Origin: a bacterium
GTDB taxonomy: Bacteria > JAAXHH01
Direction of reading: 5' to 3'
Length of the DNA: 64,000 bases
Assembly: GCA_965248395.1 (NCBI GenBank)
Contig: OZ252103.1
Coordinates: forward strand, 233,396 to 297,395
Shown: positions 40,994 to 50,384 of the stretch, piece by piece
How positions within the stretch are numbered: the first letter of the stretch is position 1
Layout: every line of letters begins with the position of its first letter
The notes under the pieces: model-generated
What the model was told of the DNA's origin: nothing
Database searches by the model: none
What the model saw: the letters and a program-made list of their open reading frames with translations, nothing else
Made by a program: the position numbers and the translations under genes

Positions 40994-41842
40994 ATGTATC
41001 CCACGCCCCTGACCGAATCCCAGCGCCATTCCTTTGAAGCAGACGGTTACCTGATCGTCCCCAACGCACTGGATTCCTCGGAAATCGAAGCACTGACGGC
41101 GACCGGCGACCGGCTCATGGACGGGTTTGAACACCCCGACTACTATGCCCATCGGCGTCCCGGACTCCTGCAGGAAAAGGCCTTTCTGGACCTTGCCACG
41201 AACGAGCGTACGGTCCCGCTGATCGTGGCCCTGCTTGACTTCAACATCCACATCACCAATACCGCGCTGATCTACAAACATCCACAGGCGCCGGAGGAGG
41301 TGAAAGAGGTCAACTGGCACCGGGACGTGGGGGTTTCCCTGGACGTCGGCCACGTCGTGCTTCCCCTCGTCGGCCTGAAGATCGGCTATTGCTTGACGGA
41401 TTTCCCGGAGCCGGACACGGGAGCGACCATGTTCGTCCGGGGCAGCAACAACCTGAAGTCCGCCCTGGCCATACGCCGGGGCCAGATCCATCCAGACGAA
41501 TACGAACAGCCGATCCTACGGGCCGGCGACGCCTTTCTCTTCGAGAACCGGACCTACCACGCGCCTGCGTCGAATTACACGGACCGGGTCGCCAAGGTGG
41601 TCATCTACGGCTATCACTACCGGTGGATCAAGCCGGACCACTACATGCGGTTCTACAACGGGGTAACGCAGCCCGATGCCGGCCTGCTCGAAGCTACCGG
41701 TGACATCGGACGCCAGTTGCTGGGCGCTACCACAGACTCCGAAGGCCGTGAGGCCCCCGATGGCATCGACTGGCCCATCCGGGAATGGGCCGAACTGCAC
41801 GGACTGGACGTGGCCCAGGACGTTCACACGGTAGAGGTCTGA
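40994..41842 (+). CDS. phytanoyl-CoA dioxygenase (PhyH) family Fe(II)/2OG oxygenase
   Basis: FEADGYLIVPNAL at the N-terminus, an HxD facial triad (WHRDVG) and a distal His (YHAPAS region). Confidence 0.7.
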   Translation: MYPTPLTESQRHSFEADGYLIVPNALDSSEIEALTATGDRLMDGFEHPDYYAHRRPGLLQEKAFLDLATNERTVPLIVALLDFNIHITNTALIYKHPQAPEEVKEVNWHRDVGVSLDVGHVVLPLVGLKIGYCLTDFPEPDTGATMFVRGSNNLKSALAIRRGQIHPDEYEQPILRAGDAFLFENRTYHAPASNYTDRVAKVVIYGYHYRWIKPDHYMRFYNGVTQPDAGLLEATGDIGRQLLGATTDSEGREAPDGIDWPIREWAELHGLDVAQDVHTVEV

Positions 41843-41868
41843 TCCGTACCCTTGCCAGACAGGATGTC

Positions 41869-42594
41869 ATGTACCTGAAGCACATGCGACCCCATCAGCT
41901 GCGCGAGGCAGTGGAACGGTGCGATCCGCTGCTGGTTCCCGCCGGCTGCATCGAGACCCATGGTCCGCACATGGCCATCGGTCACGACACGATCATCGTC
42001 GAGGAGATCTGCGCCCTGGTGGCGGAACGCACGGACGTGGTCATCTCCCCACCCTTCGATTTCGGGCCCACGGGTTATGCGCTGGGTGGTCCCGAGGACG
42101 GAACCATCGATCCGGACTACGAGTCCTTCGGGTCGTACGTGAAGTCCATTCTGCGCAACTTCCTGGAAATGGGCTTCCAGCGCATCTATGTAATCATCAT
42201 GCACCAGGGCATGGAAGCGCCCCTGGCGCTGGCGTTCAAGAAAGCCGCGGCTGAACTGTCCTTCGAAATGGTCCTGGACGAAGGCCATCCCCGGGGATGG
42301 TGGGCCGACGCCAGGCTGTCCCGGGAGTCCCACAAATTTGGACGCGTGCATGTCCATCCCATGATCCTGCCGAAAGCCTCACCGCCGGCCGGTGGGGACC
42401 ACGCAGGGTACAACGAGACTTCCTTTCTCCTGGCGACGCGCCCAGAACTGGTGGACCAGGGCCGGCTGGACGAAAACGCGCCGTGGTACTGCCGACAGGA
42501 GGAAGATCGGAACAGCTGGACCGCCAACGCGGCCCATGGAGAAGCCATGGTCGACGCGGTCGTCAACGCCTGGGTCGATTTACTGAACAGTTAA
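41869..42594 (+). CDS. creatininase-family amidohydrolase
   Basis: LVPAGCIETHGPHMAIGHD and the HQGMEAP / GDHAGYNETS motifs are typical of creatinine amidohydrolase-like proteins. Confidence 0.75.
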   Translation: MYLKHMRPHQLREAVERCDPLLVPAGCIETHGPHMAIGHDTIIVEEICALVAERTDVVISPPFDFGPTGYALGGPEDGTIDPDYESFGSYVKSILRNFLEMGFQRIYVIIMHQGMEAPLALAFKKAAAELSFEMVLDEGHPRGWWADARLSRESHKFGRVHVHPMILPKASPPAGGDHAGYNETSFLLATRPELVDQGRLDENAPWYCRQEEDRNSWTANAAHGEAMVDAVVNAWVDLLNS

Positions 42595-42631
42595 GTTTAC
42601 TGAAAGTTAAATTGTCGAAAGGAGCATCAAA

Positions 42632-43342
42632 ATGCGGTCCATTTTCGTCGGCATCGAATACGTCGGCAAGTCTACCCTCATCGATCTGCTGGATGCCTAC
42701 TACCAGAAACGAAGGCGCCGGACACATCTCGATGATCACTTCACCATCCCGGACTCGTCCCTGAGCGCCGCGTCTCGTGCCCAGTACATCCATTACCCCA
42801 ACGACGTGAAGGAACGCATGCAGCGCATGCAGCTGCACTACCACGTAGAGGTGATCAAGAACTATCCCCATACGCTGATCGCCGGCTGGCATATCGAGGA
42901 AGCCATCTACTGCGACGTGTACGGCGACGTGGTTGGAAATCCCTACTATCCCAATTACATCCACCACAACCAGCGGCATTACGAGGGACTGGTGCTGGAA
43001 GCCCGGCTGCCCGATGTCGTGCTGATCCACCTCACGGCCGACGACGAAGCGATACGCGAACGCATGCGCACCGATCCGCACGAGTACCAGATCATAGACG
43101 AGAAGGATATTTCGGATATTAAAAAACGCTTTGAGGATGAAGTCGGCCAGTCGCTCCTGACACGCAACGGCCACCTCGTTACGATGGATACGACCGACAA
43201 GTCACCGGAGGAGTCGCTGGACGAACTGCTGCTCAAGACCGAACCTCTCGTGACCGACGGAGAAATGGCCATGCGGGCCGTGCCGGTGCCTGAGGGGGAT
43301 TTCCTGGTCCGGTATGAGAACGGTGTGCGGAAGACGGTGTAA
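42632..43342 (+). CDS. P-loop NTPase, nucleoside/nucleotide-kinase-like
   Basis: Walker A GIEYVGKST near the N-terminus. A later LPDVVLIHLTADDEAIRERMRTDPHE segment resembles the kinase LID/basic region. Confidence 0.45.
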   Translation: MRSIFVGIEYVGKSTLIDLLDAYYQKRRRRTHLDDHFTIPDSSLSAASRAQYIHYPNDVKERMQRMQLHYHVEVIKNYPHTLIAGWHIEEAIYCDVYGDVVGNPYYPNYIHHNQRHYEGLVLEARLPDVVLIHLTADDEAIRERMRTDPHEYQIIDEKDISDIKKRFEDEVGQSLLTRNGHLVTMDTTDKSPEESLDELLLKTEPLVTDGEMAMRAVPVPEGDFLVRYENGVRKTV

Positions 43343-43418
43343 GACGAGAAGTAGAATCAGTTTTGATTTTGTTTTATGGCCAGTACGAGATCGGTTTCCC
43401 GTTTTCGACCAATTAAGT

Positions 43419-43676
43419 ATGGACATCTTTGTTTTGGTCATAGGCTCAGTATTTACCGCATGTCTCGTAGTCGTAGCAATGGTCACGCTGTCCTGGAAGT
43501 TCTCACAGCGGAATCAAAGCGAGATGACAGCACTTCGTGTATCCATTGATGAAATAAAAAGCGTACTGTTCGAAATCAATGGCAGGTTAGGAAGAGTTGA
43601 GGGAAGGTTGGGAAGAGTTGAGGGTCAACTAGGTTTGGACCCGATTACTGGCAGGATGAAGGACAGTGACAGTTAA
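43419..43676 (+). CDS. small hypothetical membrane protein with a tandem heptad-like GRLGRVEG repeat
   Basis: One TM helix (IFVLVIGSVFTACLVVVAMV), then GRLGRVEGRLGRVEGQLG, encoded by a 21-bp tandem DNA repeat at about 43572-43630. Lies in the AT-rich islet. Confidence 0.3.
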   Translation: MDIFVLVIGSVFTACLVVVAMVTLSWKFSQRNQSEMTALRVSIDEIKSVLFEINGRLGRVEGRLGRVEGQLGLDPITGRMKDSDS

Positions 43677-43938
43677 GTTATCCGAAGAAGCCAAAACGCT
43701 TGTTCGGAAGGCCTTACAGACCGGAGATGGACTGATTTTGACCGGGCAAACGTTCTCGGGTTGGTTCGTTCAGACAGGTAATTGGAATTCCGGTTTTATA
43801 AAAAGCAGCGAGGCGAATGCATGGAAAGAAGCGTTGGAGTCTCTCTGCCTGAGAAGGCTTGTGGCGTTATCAGGGGTCCATATGTATAGACTGACGTCCA
43901 AAGGCCGGGAATTGAGCGATTCGCTCAGAACCGAATAG
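43666..43938 (+). CDS. hypothetical protein (orphan)
   Basis: 90-aa ORF overlapping the previous gene by 11 nt, AT-richer than the surrounding genome. No recognisable motif. Confidence 0.3.
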   Translation: MTVKLSEEAKTLVRKALQTGDGLILTGQTFSGWFVQTGNWNSGFIKSSEANAWKEALESLCLRRLVALSGVHMYRLTSKGRELSDSLRTE

Positions 43939-43978
43939 TGTCTGCCCTTGTATGCCGGGTTATTGACGCGTAAGCCTC

Positions 43979-44185
43979 ATGAAGACCGATCCTAATAAAA
44001 CAACTCTAAATGAACATCTTAATGCGAGTTTAAATCGCGATGCCGGTGTCGTTGTGCATGATTCTATTGAGGGTGAACTCAGTTTACTCTATGATGCTAC
44101 GGATAATACCGTTTGGCTTTGCTGGAAGGAAAATGGGAGTATTTACATGGAGGATAATCCCTATACAGTCAAGGAGCCAGCATGA
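43979..44185 (+). CDS. hypothetical protein (orphan)
   Basis: 68-aa ORF in the AT-rich islet. No recognisable motif. Confidence 0.25.
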   Translation: MKTDPNKTTLNEHLNASLNRDAGVVVHDSIEGELSLLYDATDNTVWLCWKENGSIYMEDNPYTVKEPA

Positions 44186-44292
44186 GTGAGAGCGAATTGT
44201 TGGCTTGACATTGATAACAGTGGTTGGTGCTGCTATTGTTGGATTCGCCGGACTGAGTGAATAACGATCGTTGATTTATTGGTTACATCAAG

Positions 44293-44321
44293 AAGCCCCG
44301 GGCGGAAGTCCGGGGCTTTTC
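44293..44321. terminator. Rho-independent terminator, probably bidirectional
   Basis: AAGCCCCGG gcggaagt CCGGGGCTT followed by TTTT on the plus strand. It sits between the convergent islet ORFs and the aminotransferase gene. Confidence 0.55.
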
Positions 44322-44397
44322 CATACTGGATGGTTATTCAGGGTAATAGTTCCCTTTTGAAACCCATACAGACCGGTTTGTCTAACTTGTCAGATTT

Positions 44398-45540
44398 CTA
44401 CGCCGCCAGCCCCTCTCCCTGGGCTGCCCGGATGCATTCCGCGAGGATGGGTACGCCTTCGTGTATATCCTCTATTGTGGGGAAGCCGTAGGCGATACGA
44501 AGATAGGGAATGTCCTCACCCAGGGCGCTGAAACCCTGTCCGGGCGTGTAGTAGACTCCACGGCTCGCCGCCAGCTGGTGGGCCTTGCGGGTGTCCGTCG
44601 CCGATGGGATCCGCACCCACACGAACATGCCTCCGGGTGGGTCCGTCCACCACATCTCCTCACCCAGGTCGCCGAAATGGGCCGCCAGCGATTCGACGAC
44701 CGCATCTTTACGGGCCTTCATGACGCGATTCACCTCGCGGATGTGGTCCCAGAGATGCTCGCCTAAGTATTCAGCCACGATCATGCTCGCCAGGGCGTTT
44801 GTACCGCCGTCCATCTTGTTCGCCACGATGCGCTGCTGCAGCGCCTCAGGCGCCATGAAATATCCCTGCCGCACGCCCGGTCCGAGGATCTTGGAAAAGG
44901 AGCCTACATAGACGACCCGGTTGTCTTCATCCAACTGGTACAGGTTCGGCGGCACCGGATCGGATTGGAACACGATGTCCCCGTAGCAGTGATCGTCCAC
45001 GACCAGCGTATCGTACTCCCGGGCCAGTTCGAGCAGGCGTTTCCGCCGTTCCAGCGGCAGGATGGATCCCGTGGGATTATGATGCGTGGGAATGGTATAG
45101 ATGAACTTCGGCGGCGTACCTGCTTCGACAAGCCCTTTCAATACAGACTCCAGCTCGTCTGTCATCAGGCCCTGGTCGTCGATAGGCGCCGGCGCAATGC
45201 GCATCTGCCGGCTCCTGAACACGCTCAGCGAACCACCGTAGGAAAAGGATTCCGTGACAATCGTGTTTCCGGCAGACGCGAGGGCGTCCGTGATGAGCTG
45301 TAGCGCCTGCATGGATCCGGATGTCAGCACGATCTCCTCCAGCGGCACCGCCTGACCCGCGCTGCGCTCGAACCTTTGCGACGCGATGGCTCTCAGGGGT
45401 TCGTAACCCCGGCCGTCCGGGTAATTCACGAGTTCCGCGCCACGGCTTGAAATGACCTTTGCGGCGGCCTCTGCCAGCGCGTCCGAGGGAAAGGACAGCG
45501 GATCGGGCCGTCCCGCGCCCAAGTTGATTTCACGCATTGA
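44398..45540 (-). CDS. PLP-dependent aminotransferase, class I/II
   Basis: The lysine in SFSKILGPGVRQGY matches the PLP-binding position, and the fold is aminotransferase class I/II. The start is placed at MREINLGAG. Confidence 0.75.
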   Translation of the reverse strand, partial: SMREINLGAGRPDPLSFPSDALAEAAAKVISSRGAELVNYPDGRGYEPLRAIASQRFERSAGQAVPLEEIVLTSGSMQALQLITDALASAGNTIVTESFSYGGSLSVFRSRQMRIAPAPIDDQGLMTDELESVLKGLVEAGTPPKFIYTIPTHHNPTGSILPLERRKRLLELAREYDTLVVDDHCYGDIVFQSDPVPPNLYQLDEDNRVVYVGSFSKILGPGVRQGYFMAPEALQQRIVANKMDGGTNALASMIVAEYLGEHLWDHIREVNRVMKARKDAVVESLAAHFGDLGEEMWWTDPPGGMFVWVRIPSATDTRKAHQLAASRGVYYTPGQGFSALGEDIPYLRIAYGFPTIEDIHEGVPILAECIRAAQGEGLAA

Positions 45541-45723
45541 TCTGCTCCTCGAGGGGTTCCTTAAGGGTTTCCGTTCCTTAGAGTCTGATGGGAAGTCAAT
45601 CGGTGAATGTAGAGACGCCACCGCGCATCTGTCAACCGCTTATGCGGAAACCGGGGCGGCGTTGACAGGATATACCGCGCATCCTACATTGAACCTACTT
45701 GTCACCGGATCGTACTGTCCGTT

Positions 45724-45813
45724 AGGTCCGACCAGGCCGTCTCGTCCGCCTGGTCCGTTTAGTCCGACTGGCCCATCTCGACCGTCCAGTCATACCGGTC
45801 CGTCCCGTCACCG
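45724..45813. repeat. about 10 tandem degenerate 9-bp units (consensus nGTCCGnCT) in the divergent intergenic region
   Basis: ggtccgacc aggccgtct cgtccgcct ggtccgttt agtccgact ... read directly. They lie upstream of the ABC transporter signal-peptide start at 45842. Confidence 0.5.
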
Positions 45814-45841
45814 GAACCCGATTTCACCGAATCATCCAACC

Positions 45842-48202
45842 ATGATCCCGTTCCGAATCTTCCTCCTGCTCGGCATGTTCATGTCGTACCCGGCCGTTGC
45901 CGGAGCGCAGGCTGATCCGGCCGTTGCCGGAGCGCAGGACCAGCCCCCCGTACGCGTCGAAATGCCGATTTTCGAGGGCGGCCAGGGCCTCGAATTTTTC
46001 TTCGAAGCCGCCCGGACCTACGAACAGGAGCATGATGGCGTACAAATCGACCTTTACGGCGATCCCCGAATACACGACAAGGTGCGGGTGCGCATCCTGG
46101 AACGGTCGTTCCCCGAGGTCACCAACGCCCGCCTGAACTACTGGGCGCTCATCCGGAACGGCGACCTGCTTCCGCTGGACGAGTTCCTCGACCAGCCCAG
46201 TTGGGAGAGCGACGGCACCTGGCGCGAATCCTTCCTTCCCGGGACCCTGTCCCAGTACACCCATGAAGGCCAGACCTACGGCATTCCCCTGATGGCCTCG
46301 GCTTACGCCGTGTGGTACAATAAGAACCTCTTCGAAGAACACGGCTGGCAACCGGCGACCACTTGGGAGGAGTTCCTGGCACTATGCGAACAAATCAGGG
46401 CCGCCGATATGTGGCCGCTGGCCTTCCAGGGCCGGTACCCGGGGTACGTGCAGGCCGTGATCGACCACGCGTACTATCACCTTGCCGGGCCGCAACGATA
46501 CACCGACCAGAAGAACCTGCTGACCGGCAGCTTCGACAATCCCGAATTCATCGAGTCCCTCTCCCTCGCGCAGCGGATCGCGCTGAATTACTTCCAGCCG
46601 GGCGCGATGGGGATGAGCCATACGGAGTCCCAGCTCGAGTTCTTCCTGGGCCGCACGGCCATGATTTTCTGCGGTTCCTGGCTCAAGAGCGAGATGCTAG
46701 GCAAGATACCGGACGATTTCCGCCTGGGCTCCTTCAACATCCCGATCGCGCCTGGCGGAAAGGCGGATCCCTCGGCCGTCTATGGGGGTTCCGGGTACTA
46801 TTTCGTCATGAAGGAAAGCGACCACCCGCGGGAAGGGATCGAATTCCTTCGGTTCATGACCTCCCGGCGCATGGCGGGTCGGTTCAGCCGTATGCGCGAT
46901 ATCCCCGTGGCCGTGGCCGGCGTATCCGAGGATAACCTGTCAGACGACATGGCGGACCTGGCGGCCATGCTGAAGAATGCGGCCGTTACCTACGGCACAC
47001 CGCCCGGGGAAGGATATCCGGCCATGACACAGTACTGGACCGACGCCCGGTTCCGGGTCATCACCGGCCAGACTACGCCGGAAGAAGCCGCCAGGGAACT
47101 GGAAGCAAACGCGGCCGTGGTACGGCGCCAGACCCTGTCCCCCGACGAGATCAACATCCGGCATGTATGGAAGCCCTCTCTGCTGATCGGTCTCATGGCC
47201 CTGGCCGTGATCTACTGGTCGGCCACCACCTACAAGCGCTACCGGGACCGGCGCCGCGCGGGCGCTACCCATGGAACCGGCCTTCCTTTCCTGCACAGGA
47301 CCGACCGGATCATCCTCATCGCGCCTGCCCTTCTGCTGTATTCGGTGTTCGTGATCATCCCGAGCGCAAAATCGTTTCTATGGAGCCTGAACGAATGGGA
47401 TGGGCTGACCGAGATGCGGTTCACGGGCCTGCTGAACTTTGGCCGGCTGCTTTTCGAAAGCGACGGGTTCTGGATCGCGCTGAACAACAACCTTTTCATC
47501 ATGTTCGTAATTCCGCTGTTCGTCATCCCCCTCTCTCTCTTCCTGGCCGTCTGCATCAGCCGCGAGATCCGGGGATCGAAGTTCTTCCGCATCGCCTTCT
47601 TCTTTCCCAACATCCTGGGGGCCGTCGCGGCGACGCTGCTCTGGATGCACCTCTACAACCCCCAGGGCGGTCCGATCAACGCCGCGCTGGTGGCGATGGG
47701 CGAGATACTCACGGCGGTCGGCATGGCCGGTCTGGGGAGTTTGTTGCTCGCCATGGAGGGATTCGCCTGGCTTTCCCAGTCCAACCTGTACTGGGCGCTG
47801 ATCCCCATGTCCATCTGGGGCGCCTGCGGTTTCAACATGATCCTCTTCCTGGCAGCCATGGAGAGCATTCCCCAGAGCCTCTACGAAGCGGCGGACATCG
47901 ACGGCGCCTCTTCGTGGAGACAGTTCTGGACCATCACCCTGCCGCTGATCTGGGAAGTGCTGTCCATCTCCATCGTATTCATGGTCATCGGCGGGATGAA
48001 GGCCTTCGAGGCCATATGGCTGCTGACCAACCAGTCTCCGACCACGCAGGTGCACGTCATCGGCACGCTCATGGTCCAGGACATGTTCACCGAGTTCAAA
48101 ATCGGCGAGGCCACGGCCATCGCGGTACTGCTGTTCATCATGGTCTTCTTCGGCACGGCCGCCACGCTGCGGCTCATGAGAAGGGAAACGGTGGAATTCT
48201 AA
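45842..48202 (+). CDS. ABC transporter: extracellular solute-binding protein (CUT1/sugar type) fused in-frame to a MalF/UgpA-like permease
   Basis: A signal peptide (MIPFRIFLLLGMFMSYPAVAGAQA), then an SBP domain, then six TM helices and an EAA-like loop, all in one frame with no stop. The track ORF starts further upstream at 45452, but the signal peptide argues for 45842. Confidence 0.65.
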   Translation: MIPFRIFLLLGMFMSYPAVAGAQADPAVAGAQDQPPVRVEMPIFEGGQGLEFFFEAARTYEQEHDGVQIDLYGDPRIHDKVRVRILERSFPEVTNARLNYWALIRNGDLLPLDEFLDQPSWESDGTWRESFLPGTLSQYTHEGQTYGIPLMASAYAVWYNKNLFEEHGWQPATTWEEFLALCEQIRAADMWPLAFQGRYPGYVQAVIDHAYYHLAGPQRYTDQKNLLTGSFDNPEFIESLSLAQRIALNYFQPGAMGMSHTESQLEFFLGRTAMIFCGSWLKSEMLGKIPDDFRLGSFNIPIAPGGKADPSAVYGGSGYYFVMKESDHPREGIEFLRFMTSRRMAGRFSRMRDIPVAVAGVSEDNLSDDMADLAAMLKNAAVTYGTPPGEGYPAMTQYWTDARFRVITGQTTPEEAARELEANAAVVRRQTLSPDEINIRHVWKPSLLIGLMALAVIYWSATTYKRYRDRRRAGATHGTGLPFLHRTDRIILIAPALLLYSVFVIIPSAKSFLWSLNEWDGLTEMRFTGLLNFGRLLFESDGFWIALNNNLFIMFVIPLFVIPLSLFLAVCISREIRGSKFFRIAFFFPNILGAVAATLLWMHLYNPQGGPINAALVAMGEILTAVGMAGLGSLLLAMEGFAWLSQSNLYWALIPMSIWGACGFNMILFLAAMESIPQSLYEAADIDGASSWRQFWTITLPLIWEVLSISIVFMVIGGMKAFEAIWLLTNQSPTTQVHVIGTLMVQDMFTEFKIGEATAIAVLLFIMVFFGTAATLRLMRRETVEF

Positions 48203-49068
48203 TGAATCAGACTGAAGATAAGAACCGGTCTGCCGTGCGGCATCTCTTCGTGTATCCCGTCCTGCTCGCCTACCTGCTCATCGTGGTCTACCCGATGGCC
48301 TGGCTGCTGTACACGTCGCTCAAGACGGACCGGGAGATCTTCCTGGCGCCGTTCACGCTGCCGGACTGGGCAAATCTGCAGTGGATAAACTTCTCACGGG
48401 CGTGGACGGTGGGGCAATTCGGGGACTACTTCCTGAACAGCGCGGTGCTGACGGTGCTGACGGTGATCCTCTCGCTGCTCTTCGCGGCCATGGCGGCCTA
48501 TGCCCTCTCGCGGTTTCGATTCGCCGGCGCGCGGCCCCTCTTCTATTTCTTCCTGGCGGGCCTGATGGTGCCACTGCAACTGGCCATCGTGCCCCTCTTC
48601 TTCCAGATGAAGGACCTGATGCTGCTCAACTCCCGGCTGGGGCTGCTGCTCGTGTACATCGCCTTCGGGATGCCCTTCGCCATCTTCATCCTGGCGGGAT
48701 TCTTCAAATCGCTGCCGTCGGGACTCCACGAATCTGCGCTGATGGACGGCGCCGGCGAACTGCGGGCCTTCTGGCACATCATGCTGCCGCTGGCCAAGCC
48801 CGCCCTGGTCACCGTTGGCATCTTCGCCTTCCTGGGCACCTGGAACGAGTTCTTCCTGGCCTTCATGTTCCTGTCGGGGGAAAACGCCGAGAACCTGCGC
48901 ACGCTTCCCCTCGGACTGGCCAATATCACCATTGTGAGCCAGTACCGAAGCGACTGGGGCATGGCCTTCGCCGGCCTGGTGCTCATGATGCTGCCCACGA
49001 TGGCGGTCTACGCCCTGCTCCAGCGCCAGGTGACCAAAGGCATTACGGTGGGCGCCCTCAAGGGGTGA
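48202..49068 (+). CDS. ABC transporter permease (MalG/UgpE-like)
   Basis: MNQTEDKNRS... the EAA motif region (ESALMDGAGELRAFWHIMLPLAKPAL). Its ATG overlaps the previous stop (TAATG). Confidence 0.8.
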   Translation: MNQTEDKNRSAVRHLFVYPVLLAYLLIVVYPMAWLLYTSLKTDREIFLAPFTLPDWANLQWINFSRAWTVGQFGDYFLNSAVLTVLTVILSLLFAAMAAYALSRFRFAGARPLFYFFLAGLMVPLQLAIVPLFFQMKDLMLLNSRLGLLLVYIAFGMPFAIFILAGFFKSLPSGLHESALMDGAGELRAFWHIMLPLAKPALVTVGIFAFLGTWNEFFLAFMFLSGENAENLRTLPLGLANITIVSQYRSDWGMAFAGLVLMMLPTMAVYALLQRQVTKGITVGALKG

Positions 49069-49070
49069 TA

Positions 49071-49430
49071 CTACGGCTTCGCGATCCAGACCGGGTCTGG
49101 CGTGATGCTCGTCTCTGGCGTGGGACCGGTGTCGGTCCACTCCTCTTCGTTCTCGAGCAGAAAACCCGGCTCGACCGACATGTCGTGGTCGCAGATGATC
49201 TGGCAGGAAAGCCGCACCTCGCCGAGGGCCCCCTTCTCGGTCAGCACGTCGCGCTCGGCCTCGGTCATCGTGCCCGGCTCACCCTCTGTGAAAGACACCC
49301 GGCACGTCGTGCACTTGGCGTTACCGCCGCAGCGGTGGCCGATGTCGACTCCGGTTCCCTCGATGGCCAGTACGAGGCGCTGCCCCGATTCGACCTGGTT
49401 CTCCACTCCGTTCACGGTAAGTTTCGGCAT
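49071..49430 (-). CDS. 2Fe-2S ferredoxin
   Basis: CGGNAKCTTC ... C is a plant-type 2Fe-2S Cys ligand pattern. Confidence 0.75.
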   Translation of the reverse strand: MPKLTVNGVENQVESGQRLVLAIEGTGVDIGHRCGGNAKCTTCRVSFTEGEPGTMTEAERDVLTEKGALGEVRLSCQIICDHDMSVEPGFLLENEEEWTDTGPTPETSITPDPVWIAKP

Positions 49431-49586
49431 GTTTCCACGCTCCTTTCCAGTGTGTGACAGTTTCGTGTGAATCGGTCTCTATGCGAACTGGTTGCTCAGC
49501 AATACTTCTACAGCCTGCGACACACAGCTCCAGCCTACTACCTGTGTCCTACCGCCTGCGTCATACTGCTAACGCACATACCGCTT

Positions 49587-50384
49587 TCAACCCCCGGAAA
49601 CGTAGCCCAATCGATCCCGGGAGTGTTCGATGTCCACCCAGCGGTGCGGTCCGTCGGTCACGGCGTAACACACCTCGTACACTGGGTTTTCCGTGGCTTT
49701 CAAAGCCAGTTCGATGATCTGCGTGATATCCGCCTGGCTGCACCAGACCGATCTCAGAAAGGGCTTGGTGGCCTCGTTCTGCTTGTTGACCCAGCCGATG
49801 CGCAGGCAGACGACGGACAGGTCGTGGGCGTCGTGGTAGGTCCGGCATATGCCCTCGCCCCATATCTTGCTGGCCGAATAGGGTTCCGTGGGCCTCGGCG
49901 GGTCGGTGACCTTGACGATCGGCATGGGGTCGGGCAACCCCTCGAGGCGGCCGTCCTTCAGGGACACGTAAGGTTCGTCGAACTGGCCGTAGCCCCAACT
50001 CGCCATGACGGAACTCGCGTAGATCATCCTCTTGATGCCCGACTCGCGGCAGACCTCAAGCACGTTGTAGGTCCCCACGATATTGCTATTCTGTATCGCT
50101 TCGAAAGGCGCGCCGGGGTCGGGTACTGCGCCGAGATGGACCACCGCGTCCATGCCGGAAAGGGCCTCGGCCACGGCGTCCCGGTCGGTCAGATCCGCGA
50201 GAAAGAAGCGATCATCGGGAATCCGCATGAGCGCCTCGTCATCAATACGGTCCGATGAGGCTTTACGCCGGCCGCTGCCATAGACATCGTATTCATCCTT
50301 CGCACTCAGATGGCGATAGGTCAGATTGCCGATCAATCCGTGCGCTCCGGTCACGTGCACCTTCAGTGGTCTTCCTTCGCTCAT
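49587..50384 (-). CDS. NAD-dependent epimerase/dehydratase (SDR family)
   Basis: VTGAHGLIGNL is the Rossmann GxxGxxG motif, and YSASK is the catalytic YxxxK. Confidence 0.75.
   Translation of the reverse strand: MSEGRPLKVHVTGAHGLIGNLTYRHLSAKDEYDVYGSGRRKASSDRIDDEALMRIPDDRFFLADLTDRDAVAEALSGMDAVVHLGAVPDPGAPFEAIQNSNIVGTYNVLEVCRESGIKRMIYASSVMASWGYGQFDEPYVSLKDGRLEGLPDPMPIVKVTDPPRPTEPYSASKIWGEGICRTYHDAHDLSVVCLRIGWVNKQNEATKPFLRSVWCSQADITQIIELALKATENPVYEVCYAVTDGPHRWVDIEHSRDRLGYVSGG

Noticed and set aside
45724-45813. Possible CRISPR-like array (periodic GTCCG repeats)
   Set aside because: The 9-bp period has no spacers. It is far too short for CRISPR repeats and there are no cas genes.
45452-45841. 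N-terminal 130-aa extension of the ABC transporter ORF (Pro/Ser/Gly-rich)
   Set aside because: A signal peptide must be N-terminal. A clean signal sequence starts at 45842, and the extension is just the 9-bp repeat array read in frame. It also overlaps the divergent aminotransferase 5' end.
49431-49586. Low-complexity CCTRC-rich intergenic stretch between the epimerase and ferredoxin genes, considered as a tRNA or sRNA
   Set aside because: It has no tRNA-like T-loop or acceptor features and no convincing structure.
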